DNA of 63,353 bases, the filler included, from Octopus bimaculoides (taxonomy: Eukaryota): the NCBI RefSeq assembly GCF_001194135.2. It is 11 parts of 9 records of this genome, joined end to end, with 100 filler letters (N's around TTAATTAATTAA, not from the genome) between each part and the next. Parts side by side here need not be neighbours in the genome. Positions count along the whole stretch, not along the records: positions 19,749 to 26,792 come from NC_068990.1; positions 26,893 to 38,810 come from NC_068981.1; 9 more parts are not named here. One strand, written 5' to 3'. Below the pieces are notes generated by a model. It searched no databases. It was given only the letters and a program-made list of their open reading frames with translations, and was not told the origin of the DNA. This document shows, in pieces, positions 25,172 through 37,619 of the stretch. Each line of letters begins with the position of its first letter. Position 1 is the first letter of the stretch. The translations under genes and the position numbers were made by a program.

Positions 25172-26542
25172 CGACGGGCTTCCTTCAGTTTCCGTCTACC
25201 AAATCCACTCACAAGGCTTTGGTCGGCCCGAGGCTATAGTAGAAGACACTTGCCCAAGGTGCCACGCAGTGGGACTGAACCCAGAACCATGTGGTTGGTA
25301 AGCAAGCTACTTACCACACAGCCACTCCTGCATATGTTTAGTATAGCAGACAACATAAGCCAATTAATTAGCTTTAGCATGAAGAAATGGAAATTAGTTC
25401 TCTACTTAGGTGATACGGTCTTAGGAAAAGTTAATACCAAGAAAGGAATTTTCCAAGGAGACACGTTATCCCCTTTAATATTTTTCTTATGTTTGTTTCC
25501 CTCAGTTTAGTATTAAGGAAGGCAGGGCAAAGTATCAGTTCAGAAATACTAAAAGAAAACTTAACCATTTGCTCTACATGGATGACCTGAAGCATTTTAG
25601 TAAGAGTGAAAAAGTGATAGATTCCTTAATACAGACTGTAAGACTCTTCAGCAAAGATTTAAGCATGGAATTTGATATAGATAAGTGTGCAAAATTAGCC
25701 ATGTAAAGGGACAGGTAGTCGGCAGTAAAGGCGTCCAATTAAAATCATTGAAAGAAGGAGACGGTTGTAAGTTTCTAGGGCTATTAGAATCTGACAGAGT
25801 ACTAACTATAGAAATGAAAACAAAAACTGAGAAGGAGTACATCAGAAGGGTGAGGAAGCTAATGAAGTCGAAGCTAAATGGTCCGAATCTAGTGAACGCT
25901 GTAAATGCTTGTGCAGTGTCAATAATTAGATACTCAGCAGCTTTTGTAGAATGGGCAAAAGCTGAAATAGCAAACCTAGAGAGAAGAACCAGGAAGAAAT
26001 TCAATACGAATGGAGAACTCCACCAAGTGTGTCAGCACAGAAAGAATACAAGAAAAGACCTAGGAAGAGTAATCCACTGGGAGTTATGTAGAAAGCTAGG
26101 ATTTGACCATACTGTTGTGGGACTTTAGCATTCAATCTGACAGAGTAATAGAAGGTAATAGGCCTGATTTAGTAGTAGTAAATAAAGAGATTAGAAAGTG
26201 CCAAATAATTGACTTTACAGTCCCAAATGAGGAAAAGCTCAGTATGAGAGGTATAGAAAAATAGCAAAGTACCAGGACCTAATCATTGAACTATAGAGAC
26301 CATGGAAAGTGCCGATAAAATGTATCCCAGTAGTTATAGGTGCATTTGGAACTATACCTAAAGATTTGAACAGGTGGATATAGGAAATATGCATAAAACC
26401 CAGTTTAGTGAAGCTCCAGGAAACCGTGTTTTGAGGAGCAGCTACGATAATGGGGAGGGTTCATGGCATCTAAGGTTACTTGTTGTAGCCCGATATTAGG
26501 AATGGTTCTTTTCCAACAGTCTAATATGTTGTGTGTATATGA

Positions 26543-26583
<41 letters not shown>
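24397..26583 (+). mobile_element. R4/Dong LINE (third subfamily), 5'-truncated, internally deleted, interrupted by a SINE
   Basis: NWKGPEQD, NCRPITYLPLVWKLL, GIFQGDTLSPL, LLYMDDLK, KLNGPNLV, RPDLVV; begins in the previous (TAA)n and ends in its own (TAA)n. Confidence 0.9.
24921..25333 (-). mobile_element. SINE family A, full length, young, inserted in the LINE RT
   Basis: Complete head, core, microsatellite and (AGAGTAA)-like tail; splits the LINE motif WISECFS/MFSIAD. Confidence 0.93.
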
Positions 26584-26584
<1 letters not shown>

Positions 26585-26792
26585 GAGTCAAAATTAAAAG
26601 AAGAGTGCCATTTGCTATCTCGTGAACAATATTTCGACATCTTGCGTGTCTTCCACTGGTTCAAAAAATAAATTTGTCAATCTACTTCATTTTCGTTTAT
26701 ATAGAAAGGATTGAGGTAACTCCTCCTGAAGATATAGAGTCAAAATTAAAAGAAGAGTGCCATTTGCTATCTCGTGAACAATATTTCGACAT
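26583..26792. repeat. 152-bp-period direct repeat (1.4 units visible)
   Basis: 58 nt at 26583-26640 is identical to 26735-26792; truncated by a linker. Confidence 0.85.
26623..26663 (-). ncRNA. Minimal type I hammerhead-like motif with variant core
   Basis: UGAAC-CAGUGGA-A-GACAC-GCAA-GAUGUC-GAAA-UA-UU-GUUCA: 5-bp stem I, GNRA-capped stem II, palindromic stem III; core matches CUGAUGA at 4/7. Confidence 0.5.
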
Positions 26793-26892
26793 NNNNNNNN
26801 NNNNNNNNNNNNNNNNNNNNNNNNNNNNNNNNNNNNTTAATTAATTAANNNNNNNNNNNNNNNNNNNNNNNNNNNNNNNNNNNNNNNNNNNN
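26793..26892. other. Artificial scaffold linker
   Basis: N44-TTAATTAATTAA-N44. Confidence 0.95.
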
Positions 26893-26926
<34 letters not shown>

Positions 26927-28033
26927 TACATACAGATACATAATACCTACATAGACGCACACGCACATATTTTGTGACGAGTATGGTGAGAATGAGCTGT
27001 GTTAATTCAGAAATTTCAACAAAGAGAGAAAGTGAGAGAGAGAGAGAGAGAGAAGGAGAGAGAGAGAGGAAAGAAAAATGAAAATATCAAAAGACAAGAG
27101 AAGCAGAAAGCTAATTAAAGGAGAATTAAGGCAGAAGAATCGAAAAGGTTTTAATGATAGATAATTTGTGACTGAGAGAACCTGGAGATAGAAGAGAAAA
27201 ATAGGTGTATGGATGTGTGTGCATGCATGTATATAAGTGTATACGTATATGTATATGTTTCTATATGTGTGTGTGCATATGTGAGTGTATGTGCGCGCGA
27301 GAGAGTCTGAGTGTGTGTGTGTGCGTGTGTCTGTGGAGAGAAAGAAACAAATGATGTTTTAACCTCAGGTCAGCCTGATTGAGCAGAATAATGATCGAAG
27401 ACGCTCCATTCGTGACCATTTTTTTTTCATTTCATTGATTACTCTGTCAAATATCTTTTCTTTAAACGGTGATCTGTATAATTTTTTTTGGAGTGGACAG
27501 TTTGGTTACTTGTAGCAGGTTGAATGTTTACTTAGAAGCGTCTTCCTGGGGAGAAGGATATACAACTCCAACTGGTTGCAGTGGTGAAATCACTTGATTC
27601 TTCCTCTTGTGTCAATATGAAAATCGATATTATCCTGTATTAAAGTAGCAAAACTGTCGGGAATTAAGGGAATCGGTAAATGCGAGGTTCTCCGTCTAGT
27701 TAGACAGAAGAAAAGCTGATAAACTTAGGACCGCCTAAACATCTTGGTCTGCTTTCATTTCTATCTTTTCTTTATAACTTAGAGTCGAGACTATACTGAA
27801 AAATCGTAGAGATCTACTTTCCAATGGTTTTATCAGCTGAAATCCGCAGAAACGTTTCGTTAAATTCAAAACCCGATCGCCTAACAGTCAGGAATAATTT
27901 TCAGGTAGAGATGGTTCTCAATTGATGCATGCATTTTGATCAGAACAGGATAAGCAATCAATTTTGTTGTGACGATCAATGTAATAAGTTTAAAAAAATT
28001 TATCTTCTTAATAATGGGTATAATGTGCCGGTA

Positions 28034-28069
<36 letters not shown>

Positions 28070-28140
28070 TCAGGTTCATCATTTTTAAGATGAAAGAAAA
28101 AAATTGAGAAGGAAATAGAGAAAGCGAGTGTTGTGTGTGC

Positions 28141-28189
<49 letters not shown>

Positions 28190-28959
28190 CGTGTACGTAT
28201 GCGCACATGCGTGCGTGTGTGAGTTTGCCACTTCATACCTCAGTTGTAGTTATTTCAATCTCCGCTGGTGTTCACATTACAACACAGACACTCTCCATGC
28301 ACTTAAGACAATAAGACCCTCACTCTATCGCATTACTAGTGCCCGAGATAAATAACATAGCTATATATAAATTGATTTAAAAGTACAGTTGATAAAATTA
28401 CGTCTCATGAAAATAATGCGTACAATGATACAATGATACCCTCATTTACGTTGTGTTATGTAACGAAAAAGGCACGCATTGGATATAGTATGTGTTACAA
28501 TTTTGAAAATGAATTAAATAATGTGTCTGAAGTTACGAGAAGAATGAATACGTTAGTCCCAAAGACATTCTTTCTTGTAAAGAAAATGTCAAAGTTGGTT
28601 TCTGAAGCTGAATGTAGAACCCTTGGTGTCTTGAAGACCCTTTTGCTAAAAGTGCTTAGGTCACATTGAGTTTTTTGTAACTTAAGTGCTTTTTAATACT
28701 ATGGCCTTCAGTTTGTCCTTGTAATATTCCTCATTATCCATCATTATAGTATTCTTCGGTTTAGGTGACATTTACTCTACCGAAGCCACTCTGTAGTTGT
28801 AGGAAAGCATTATTTTTTCCGGTGACAAACTGACGATAATTGGACTCAGAAAATGGACACTTCCTAGGAATGCTGTTTTGGACGTATATATCTGGAAGTT
28901 TTACTTGACAGCTCTTCGAGTTTCTTCTTTGTGTCACACAGCTAAATACCAATGTACAA

Positions 28960-29460
28960 AATCATTACAAGCCATTCTTATCATACTTAGTTTTCAAGAG
29001 TTTATGTGAGTTTCTGCAGCATCACAGGTTGTATATTTGTGTTTCACAGGTGTCTTTCGAGAGTAAAGTATTTTGTTTGAATACTACATGTATTTTGCAA
29101 TGCTTTAGGATTTCATTTGCTTTTCTAGCAGATCAGTATTTGTGTAGAGCATATGTAATGTAAGCTGTGTCATTTTGTTGGGTGGCGTGTTTGTTGATTA
29201 TGTGCTATGTAGGTTGGTGTTATAATTATTGGGCGGTACCTCTGTTTAATACGAATCGTGTAAGTTGGTTTATGAATATCATAGCATCGGATGTCGACTA
29301 TCTAATGGCATGTGTAGCATACCATTTGATTGGGTGATGGTTGTATCGCGTAGCGTTCTGTGAATTGTGCAGAAAGTGTACGTTGCCATTTGCGCTGACT
29401 ATCAATAATAGGTTAAATGACATGAAATTTCCAGATCTAGACAATATTTCAGCAAAGCTC
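28960..29460 (-). pseudogene. Penelope-like element RT thumb/linker remnant
   Basis: Minus-strand remnants NFMSFNLLLIVSANG...TRYNHHP, RFVLNRG, KANEILKHCKIHVVFKQNTL and QIYNL*C resemble the PLE pattern FLDxLI..RY..HP..ILKxHxIxVxFKP..VYxIxC (from memory). Confidence 0.5.
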
Positions 29461-29582
29461 TTAGACAAGTGTGTTTACCTCTGCACCAGAAAGTTTCATC
29501 GCTCTACCAGAGAAGTCTATATTTCAATATGAAAGGATGCTTACATCGTCACTGTTTCCAAACAGTTTAATTCAGCAATATA

Positions 29583-29995
29583 TTCTTTTATTCTTTTACT
29601 TGTTTCAGCCATTTGACTGTGGCCCTGATGGAGCACTGCCTTTAGTCGAGCAAATCGACCCCAGGACTTATTCTTTGTAAGCCTAGTACTTACTCTATCG
29701 AAGTCTTTTGCCGAACCGCTAAGTTACGGGGGCGTAGACACAGCAATATCGGTTGTCAAGCGAGGGAGGGTGGGGGGACAAACACAGATACACAAACATA
29801 CATATACACATGCACACACACACATATATACGACGGGCTTCTTTCAGTTTCCATCTACCAAATCCACTCACAAGGCTTTTGTCGGCCCGAGGCTATAGTA
29901 GAAGACATTTGCCCAAGGTGCCATGCTGTGAGACTGAACTCCGAACCATGTGGTTGGTAAGCAAGCTACTTACCACACAGCCATTCCTGCGCCTA
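29583..29995 (-). mobile_element. SINE family A, full length
   Basis: Complete, and closely similar to 24921-25333. Confidence 0.93.
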
Positions 29996-30397
29996 AATGT
30001 AGAATATGTCTGTATATTACTGCGAAGATCGAGCTGAAAAGACTTGTGGAATCAATGTCAGAAAACGACACAGCAGACTCAATGCACAGCTTCTTAAATC
30101 ATTTAATTTCTTCGTTTATATTTCAGCACGCAAAACAGGGTCCAAAATCATATTTAAATTCAAATATAGAGAGAATCTGTATCCATATACTTACCTATCT
30201 ACATAAATACATATCTATATACGTACCTACCTACATGCATACATACATGCAGAGACGAACACACAAACATATACATAGACATATGTACAGTCATAGATGC
30301 GTAGTTAAGAAGCATCTTGCAATCATGCCGTTCCTTATTCGATTCCAACTTCCTGCATCTTGGACAATTATCTGCTGTGGTAAAGTTGAATTAATCA

Positions 30398-30458
<61 letters not shown>

Positions 30459-31899
30459 NNNNNNNNNNNNNNNNNNNNNNNNNNNNNNNNNNNNNNNNNN
30501 NNNNNNNNNNNNNNNNNNNNNNNNNNNNNNNNNNNNNNNNNNNNNNNNNNNNNNNNNNNNNNNNNNNNNNNNNNNNNNNNNNNNNNNNNNNNNNNNNNNN
30601 NNNNNNNNNNNNNNNNNNNNNNNNNNNNNNNNNNNNNNNNNNNNNNNNNNNNNATATATATATATATATATATATATACGTGCTGCTGTGAGTATGGCGT
30701 TGTTAAAAAAATGGGATGCAATGAGAGATTTGATAATGTAACACTGATGTCCAGAATTGTAAAACTGTTGAAAGGATTTTCCAAATACAAAACTAACCCT
30801 TTTTAGATGTAAGCCAGCATTTTGTGGAGAATGGAATTTGTAATTTATTTGCGTTTAGAGTTGAAGAGTGAGAAATCTCGATCCCATAAAACTGGAAGAT
30901 AAGGGGAAATTGGAACAAGATCATATAAAAAATCAAAATATTTATGACCGAAAATATTCTGTATCTCTTAGATTTATGCATATATTTGCATCAAGAAAAT
31001 AGACAGCTGGGAAATGAGACCCAAGTCTGAACATGTTACGCATTTTCATTTCATAATACATCTTATAACGTGTGGGTAGTTATATATAAATTTGGCACTG
31101 GTCCAGCTTCGCACATGTAACAGTTTCTCTCTAGAAATATGTCGCTTTTCACGTAAACAAGTCTACCTATAACACACCCACTTCAGCTTGGCAACTCCAT
31201 AAAACGATTCTTTCGTGTTTTACACTTTCATTTTAACCCAAGTTCCATCCTCCCCCTCTAGTAGAAACATTTCCAGGAGTTATCTATTTGTGACACTTCC
31301 CTCACTCGAATAAAATTTGGGTTTTGAAAATTTTTAGATTTTCGAAATTTTGGATAAATGATTAATGGCTGCACTAAAAAAAGGTATAATAAAACTGATT
31401 GTATTAGAGCGATTCACCCTTTTACTTGCATACAGTATATTTTGAATCAGTCTCCCGACATCCGTTCATGAAAACATTTCAGTTTTTATTTAATTTTCTT
31501 GATAATGTCGATGGATTGCAAAATAGATAGATCACGTTTCTTTGCGTTCTCATTGTAAATTCTATCGGGAATTCCAATAATATAATGTGATGAATTTACA
31601 TTATTATATTTCTCCGCCACAAATATGTAACGTATGTTCAAATTGTAAAAGGTCAGCATGGACTTTTAAGTAGAAAAATGAAAATTGATTCAAGATTCAC
31701 ATATATGCTTGAAAGCCATTCACGTGTCCGATTTCTTTGCTAGAAATAAAATCAAATCTTTATCAAATCACATCCAATTTTATTTAAAATAGGTTGAACA
31801 CATTGAATATTATAGTCTTCAATACACTGTATCAATAAAAGTCATTTGTTTTGGTTGAGCGTTAGTTTGTCTTCTATATCATTGTGCCGAAGGCTAGAA

Positions 31900-32935
31900 A
31901 AATAATGTTACTGAAATAAGCGTATGGAATCAATGTTGAGACTCCTTTCCAATATGGTATCTACAAATCGGCTATCAAAGAAGCCGTTAAACTAAAAAAG
32001 AAAACGAAGTAAACACTACATTTAGAAATCTGGTCATTGCATTTTGAGCGTAAACGTATTGATGACCAAGTGTGTCAAACGCTAGTTTTAAAGAATGAAT
32101 AGAGAAGCATGCCAACTACCAAACGGAAAATCCGATACTATTGTGAAAGGAATAGCAGCTGTTTTAGATGAATACAATTTATGGAACTGTGTAAAGATAA
32201 TTGTCACTGATACAACGAATGTGAACATTGGGAAAAGAAATGGCATTGTCATTCATTTGCAAAGACTGTTTGCTCAAATGGTTTGAAAGAACTGCAGTTT
32301 ATTGGTTGTCAGCATCATATCCTTGATAGAGTTCTTCGTGTTGTAATGGATATGGAACTTAGAGAAAAAAAAGTCATCTTCCAATACTGAATATGAATTT
32401 CATCCCAGATCTTCTAAGTAATTACGAGAAGCTTCAGGCTAATTTCAACAACAGTGAACAAAAAAATTACTGAATCAGCAGGATGGCGAAATGACAGGAA
32501 ATTTCTATTTCATTTCACCAGAGTTTTTCGTTCCTTTGAAGAAACTGGAAAATTTCCTACTGTAAAGTTTCAAAAAATACCCAATTTAATTAATGCAAGA
32601 TGGAATTCTCGAGCAATACTAGCTCTTTTGGCATTTATTCTTCTCCCAGAGAAAAGAGTTTTGCTTCTCAATGTTTGTCGATTCATCTCTTACAGCTGGG
32701 GCAGATTTTTGGTTTACTGACGAAATGCTCAATGTACATGATTATCAGATGTTATGTGGTAACCTGCAAGTTCATAAAAAAAAAAACCATTGAACTCTGT
32801 AAAAAAACTTTCGGAGTCGAGAACCATTAAAACTGGAAACGCCCAGAGCAAATCAGAGTGCAGAACCTTTAAGATCTTTATGATGTTTGTAAAAAGAAGA
32901 AACTTCAGCTTCGATTTATTTTATGTAACAAAACA
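31900..32935 (+). pseudogene. hAT-like (possibly hATx-type) DDE transposase remnant
   Basis: SLHFERK, VTDTTNVNIG, FIGCQHHILD (CxxH), ARWNSRA and PRANQSAE across several frames with stops. Subfamily assignment uncertain; TIRs not identified. Confidence 0.65.
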
Positions 32936-33002
32936 TTAATTCTTTGTTATGTTTAAAAACTTGCTAACATTCAGCACCCTTTTTCTTATAAGTCAGTTGG
33001 TA

Positions 33003-34216
33003 GACATACATCAGTTGGTAGACATCCTCGTTTGTCTATTTATTCCAAAGTATTAGAAAGTATTAGAAGAATACATACACATGTAATAACTATGTGTTAC
33101 ACACACATGTACTAATATTACAGAAAAGAGCAGAAAAGAGTAAAAGATCAGATTGTCAGAAGGTAATAAGTTCTTCACGGCCGATTCTGCCAAGAGGCAA
33201 CGCAATCCTTCCTGCCATCTCCATCTCCCCAGTGTTCTGTAGGGATGGGCAAACAGAGTTTAGATGATGAATGTGCCTCTAGGCTTCTTCAGAGGGTCTA
33301 AGTGGTTGGGAGAGTTAATACATATAAGAAACAGTTAACAATAGGTATAGTGTGTTTGGCTTTTCAGAAAGGGCAGAAAAGGAATAGGAGCAAACATGAG
33401 GATGTTAGTGAAGCACAACTTAGTAGAATTATTTGGGTATAGGAAGGGGAATAAGCTAGAGACTTCCCATGATGTATTCCAAGATCCATGTTATTTCGTC
33501 CAATTGTGGATAGGTGAATATAGTCGTTCTCAGGAGGAGTTTTTTTCAGGAAGGGTGAATTTAGGCAGTAGTACGCATTATGTTTACATAGAAACTCACA
33601 TTATGTTTACATAGAAATACATTGGTGGATTTGAAGATATGGTCCGTGTTACGGAGGTGAATATTTATATGTAAAGTGCAACGTTGCGGATGGTATGGCA
33701 TAAGCAACCTATGATGGTGAAATCATTATGGGAAAATTTGGTATATCAGTGTACTAATGAGAGTAAGGAACCAGGTAGGACCAAAGTGCGGTGTTAGTGT
33801 TCATTATTTTTTGCCGATCAACAAGTCTCGAAATTCCTATGTGTGTTGGGGTGGGGATCATGGTCAGTCCTATAACCTAATTGGTCAGCTATTTCTTTTT
33901 TGAAAACCATGACGTGGTTCCGGTTTATTGATGGTTAACCGATAAAACAAAGCAAATCAAAACAAATCAAGACAAAACAAAACAAAACAAGTGCTTGGAG
34001 ATGGCATGGAGGATTTCGTTGGCGCTTGGCAGAAACGGCCGTAAGGAACTTAGTACCTTCTGATAATCTGATCTTTTGCTCTTTTCTGTTCTTTTCTGTA
34101 ATATTAGTACATGTGTGTGTAACTCATATTTATTACATGTGTATGTATTCTTCTAATACTTTCTAATACTTTGGAATAAATAGACAAACGAGGATGTCTA
34201 CCAACTGATGAATGTC
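33003..34216 (-). mobile_element. 5'-truncated Penelope-like element with 221-bp inverted terminal (pLTR) duplication
   Basis: 33003-33223 is the high-identity reverse complement of 33996-34216; hammerhead motif at the 3' pLTR; weak GIY-YIG-region remnant (FTIIGCLCHTIRNV) inside. Confidence 0.7.
33170..33298 (-). ncRNA. Type I hammerhead-like motif of the Penelope pLTR, decayed
   Basis: CUGAAGA-A-GCC(U)AGAGGCA...UGCCUCUUGGC-A-GAAU-CGGCCG-UG. The inverted copy (~34030-34050, +) keeps canonical GAAA-CGGCCG-UA but lacks the CUGA half. Confidence 0.65.
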
Positions 34217-34622
34217 ATTTTTATATCTTCTCCATTTTCTTATTTGCCGTATAAATTTAGGGTAAACCACTTTTTACCCCTGCCCATATATAACACTCAA
34301 TTGAGAAATTACCAAGCAATAACCAGCACTTGAGTATTAATAATTGGGCACATTACCAGCGGTATACTGGATAGGCACTATCCCTTAGTTGGTTGGTTTC
34401 CCAACCTCTAACTCACACAGAAATATATATATATATATATATATATATANNNNNNNNNNNNNNNNNNNNNNNNNNNNNNNNNNNNNNNNNNNNNNNNNNN
34501 NNNNNNNNNNNNNNNNNNNNNNNNNNNNNNNNNNNNNNNNNNGCGAGCGTTGGCAAATGTAATATAACAAATTTTAAGAAATGCCCTATTCCTTCCTAAG
34601 ACACAGGAGTAATGTGTGTGTG

Positions 34623-34658
<36 letters not shown>

Positions 34659-35257
34659 AGCGTGTTTGTAAACATAAAACTAAAGATTATGCTTTTCTCC
34701 CTTGGAAGCTTTGATGTGAAAGTCTCTCTATTTCTCCCCCTCTCTCTCCCTCCCCTTCTCTGCTCAAATTCCGAGCATCGCCCACCCACCATACATAATG
34801 ATCATAGCTTAGGTTGCAAATCATTTGGAGTGTTTCCATTTGTTTTCCTCATTATTCTTCGGCTGTCCGACTTCTCACGTTCATTAGATGACACACTAGC
34901 TCGGGTTTTAACTTTAAAAATCCATTCTCATCGTCGTCGTACTCCTCCTTCTACTTCTCAACTTCATCATCATCTCATTGTTCTTATACCTCCCAGCTGG
35001 CCCCAGCGGCATGTTAGCAACAGGACTTAGTAGTTGTTTGTGCTCTTACATATTGTATTTTTATCATTTTCTTTATGAAGAACACAGTCAAAAATCCTTT
35101 TACTGATGATACTAAGTGATTCATGAACTCCAAGACTTGTACCCTAAACTTTAAACTATGAGTAAACTTTAAAATTCTCTCACCCTATATATGGCAGAAA
35201 AATAAGTAAAATATAATTATGTGTGCATGTATATATATATAATGAAAATAATCTGTT

Positions 35258-35445
35258 CTACTCTAGGCACAAGGTCCGAAATTTTTTGGGGAGGGAGCCA
35301 GTCGATTAGATCGACCCCAGTACGCAACTATGATGGAAAGCAAAGTCGACCTCGGCGGAATTTGAACTCACGAGGTAAAGACAGACGAAATACCGCTAAG
35401 CATTTCGCAGGCGTGCGAACATTTCTGCCAGTACGTCAGCTTATA
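35258..35445 (-). mobile_element. SINE family B
   Basis: AAAGTCGACCTCGGCGGAATTTGAACTC...ATACCGCTAAGCATTTCGC. Confidence 0.85.
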
Positions 35446-35524
35446 TAATGAAAATATTGTTATATGGTACAATGAGATGAAACCAAATGAGGGATGAGGG
35501 GAGAGAGGAAGAAGAAGGAGGACA

Positions 35525-35878
35525 CAAGGCTATCAAATTTGAAGGGAGAGGGACAATCGATTATATCGATCCCAGTGCTTAACTGGTTCTCATTTTATTG
35601 ACCTCGAAAGGACTGCAACTAAAGGCGACCTTGGTGGAATTTGAACTCAGGTCGTAGAGACAGTGCTGTTTTAAAGCAAGGGCGGATTAAGCAGTTGGCT
35701 GGGGCCTTCACGGGGCTAAGGTCCCGATTCTAATTTATGAATGAAGTGACTTCTTTTCGATAAATACTAAAGGGCCCAGTGCATTAAGTTCTCCGGGTAC
35801 CTGTAATGCTGCTAAGACGAGCCTGTACAGAGAACCGGAACAACTATCGCAAGGTTTCTTGTCCGAAGCTCTAACGAA
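35525..35878 (-). mobile_element. SINE family B interrupted by a 165-bp insertion
   Basis: B-box GAATTTGAACTCAG at ~35637-35650; the diverged head resumes after 35826. Confidence 0.6.
35661..35825. mobile_element. Putative hAT-type MITE
   Basis: Ends CAG...CTG with weak TIR similarity (12/19); flanking 8-mers CGTAGAGA / TACAGAGA differ only by transitions. Confidence 0.4.
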
Positions 35879-36951
35879 ATTATCAACTCCTGAACTGAGA
35901 GAAAACTATCTCAGGACAAAGTGTTCTACATGCTCTCAGCACTGATGTTTATAGTTATGGTCAACGTCACTACATTCTTTCTATTTCTGTGAGTTCACCT
36001 CTTCGTCATGCCAACTGAGATGAGTGTACCCCTCTGAGGAGATTTAATAATAACGACACATCTCTATTGCTATCACTTTAAAGTAACGTGTACCGCGAAC
36101 TGCATTCTCTTTATCTTATAAAGATATCTTCCTTGATTATCATTATTATTTTTTGTTTCATATTTTTAAGACTCCTAGGGTGAGGTTCTGTCCCTTAATA
36201 GGGGCCAACTCGTGTAATTATTCATATTGAAGGCTAACTGAAAGATTTCTATCTGTCATCATCTTCAATCTGGATGTCAAGCATCCTTTCTTTAAATAAT
36301 GAAAACTTCACGGGATACGAGAGGGAAATTTATTATCTACTTGTATATTTACACGCCTATCTACCTATTTATGTATTTCTGTATCTATCAAGCAATCCGA
36401 ACCAGCTCCGTATTAACTCTTCGTCAATGCTCCGTATCTATAAACGTTTCTCTATTGTTACATTCTTACTCACAAAAGTACTTTCTTAAATTGTTTTCTT
36501 TGAACAACCTTTACGTACGTCCTTCAGTTTGTTCTATGATTTTCACATTTGCCATTTTACCTGGAATACTTCGGATTCTCACAAAACTCTTTCCCTACAC
36601 TACACTCACGATTGAAATAGAGCTTATAAAACACGCATCCCTCACTCCACTACGAAGTATTTATCGTCGCGACTTCCGGCTAATCCTGTACTATTTTCCT
36701 TCACGAGCTTAACGTCTATGTTTCCCTCCACCAACTCACTGACGCTTCTTCGCAGCTTATCTATCTGGTTTCTATGTTCACTAGACTAGAGAAATACCGA
36801 AATATACATAGACTGATAGCTAGATTGATAAGACTATGCACACATACATAGATGCATACGTAAATCTCTCTTCCCTCTCTCTCTCTCACTCATATACACA
36901 CACATGTATACATAAGTATATAATGCACATACACGCATACTCATATATTTC

Positions 36952-37085
36952 ATATTTTACTAGTTTCTGTCATTAAACTGCGGCCATGTCGGGGCACCGT
37001 TTGAATGTTATTTAGTCGAATGAGTCGAGTACACAACCTTTTTAAAGCCGAGTATTTAATCTATCGCTCTCTTTTGACAAAACTT
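36952..37085 (-). mobile_element. SINE family A tail, diverged
   Basis: TTTTACTAGTTTCTGTCATTAAACTGCGGCCATG...TTTAGTCGAA. Confidence 0.65.
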
Positions 37086-37502
37086 TTCGTAGGGAAGCAA
37101 ACTTCCTACCACACAACTACGCATGCGCCTATTATAATATATATATGTGTGCGAAATATATATATGTACACATAAAATAATATACAATATATATATATAT
37201 ATATATGTATATGTATATATATGTATATATAAATATATATATGTATATATTTATATATATACATATATATGTATGCATATATATATATGTGTGTGTGTGT
37301 GTATGTATATACATATGTATACAGACACGCGCGCGCACACACATACACAAACACACACGCAGGGACCAGGATGGAGAAGTGTATTGAAACTTGCTGTTTT
37401 TGAGATATTCAGACTTTTACGATTTATTGAGCCAGTTAATACCTCAAAAATTATTCAGCATGAATTTAAATCCTTAGAGATAGGAATTTAGTTTTATTCA
37501 TC

Positions 37503-37579
<77 letters not shown>

Positions 37580-37619
37580 TTAAGGAATGGAGAAAACGCA
37601 TGTTATAATTGCATACTTT

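Noticed and set aside
24909-25344. Apparent 11-12-bp TSD (ATGTTT(T)AGTAT) around the SINE
   Set aside because: Alignment with the first Dong copy ([13 protein letters not shown] vs WISECFSMFSIAD) needs both strings as native LINE codons, so true duplication is at most ~2 nt.
35095-35170. CTGATGA followed by a weak hairpin
   Set aside because: No GAAA and poor stems.
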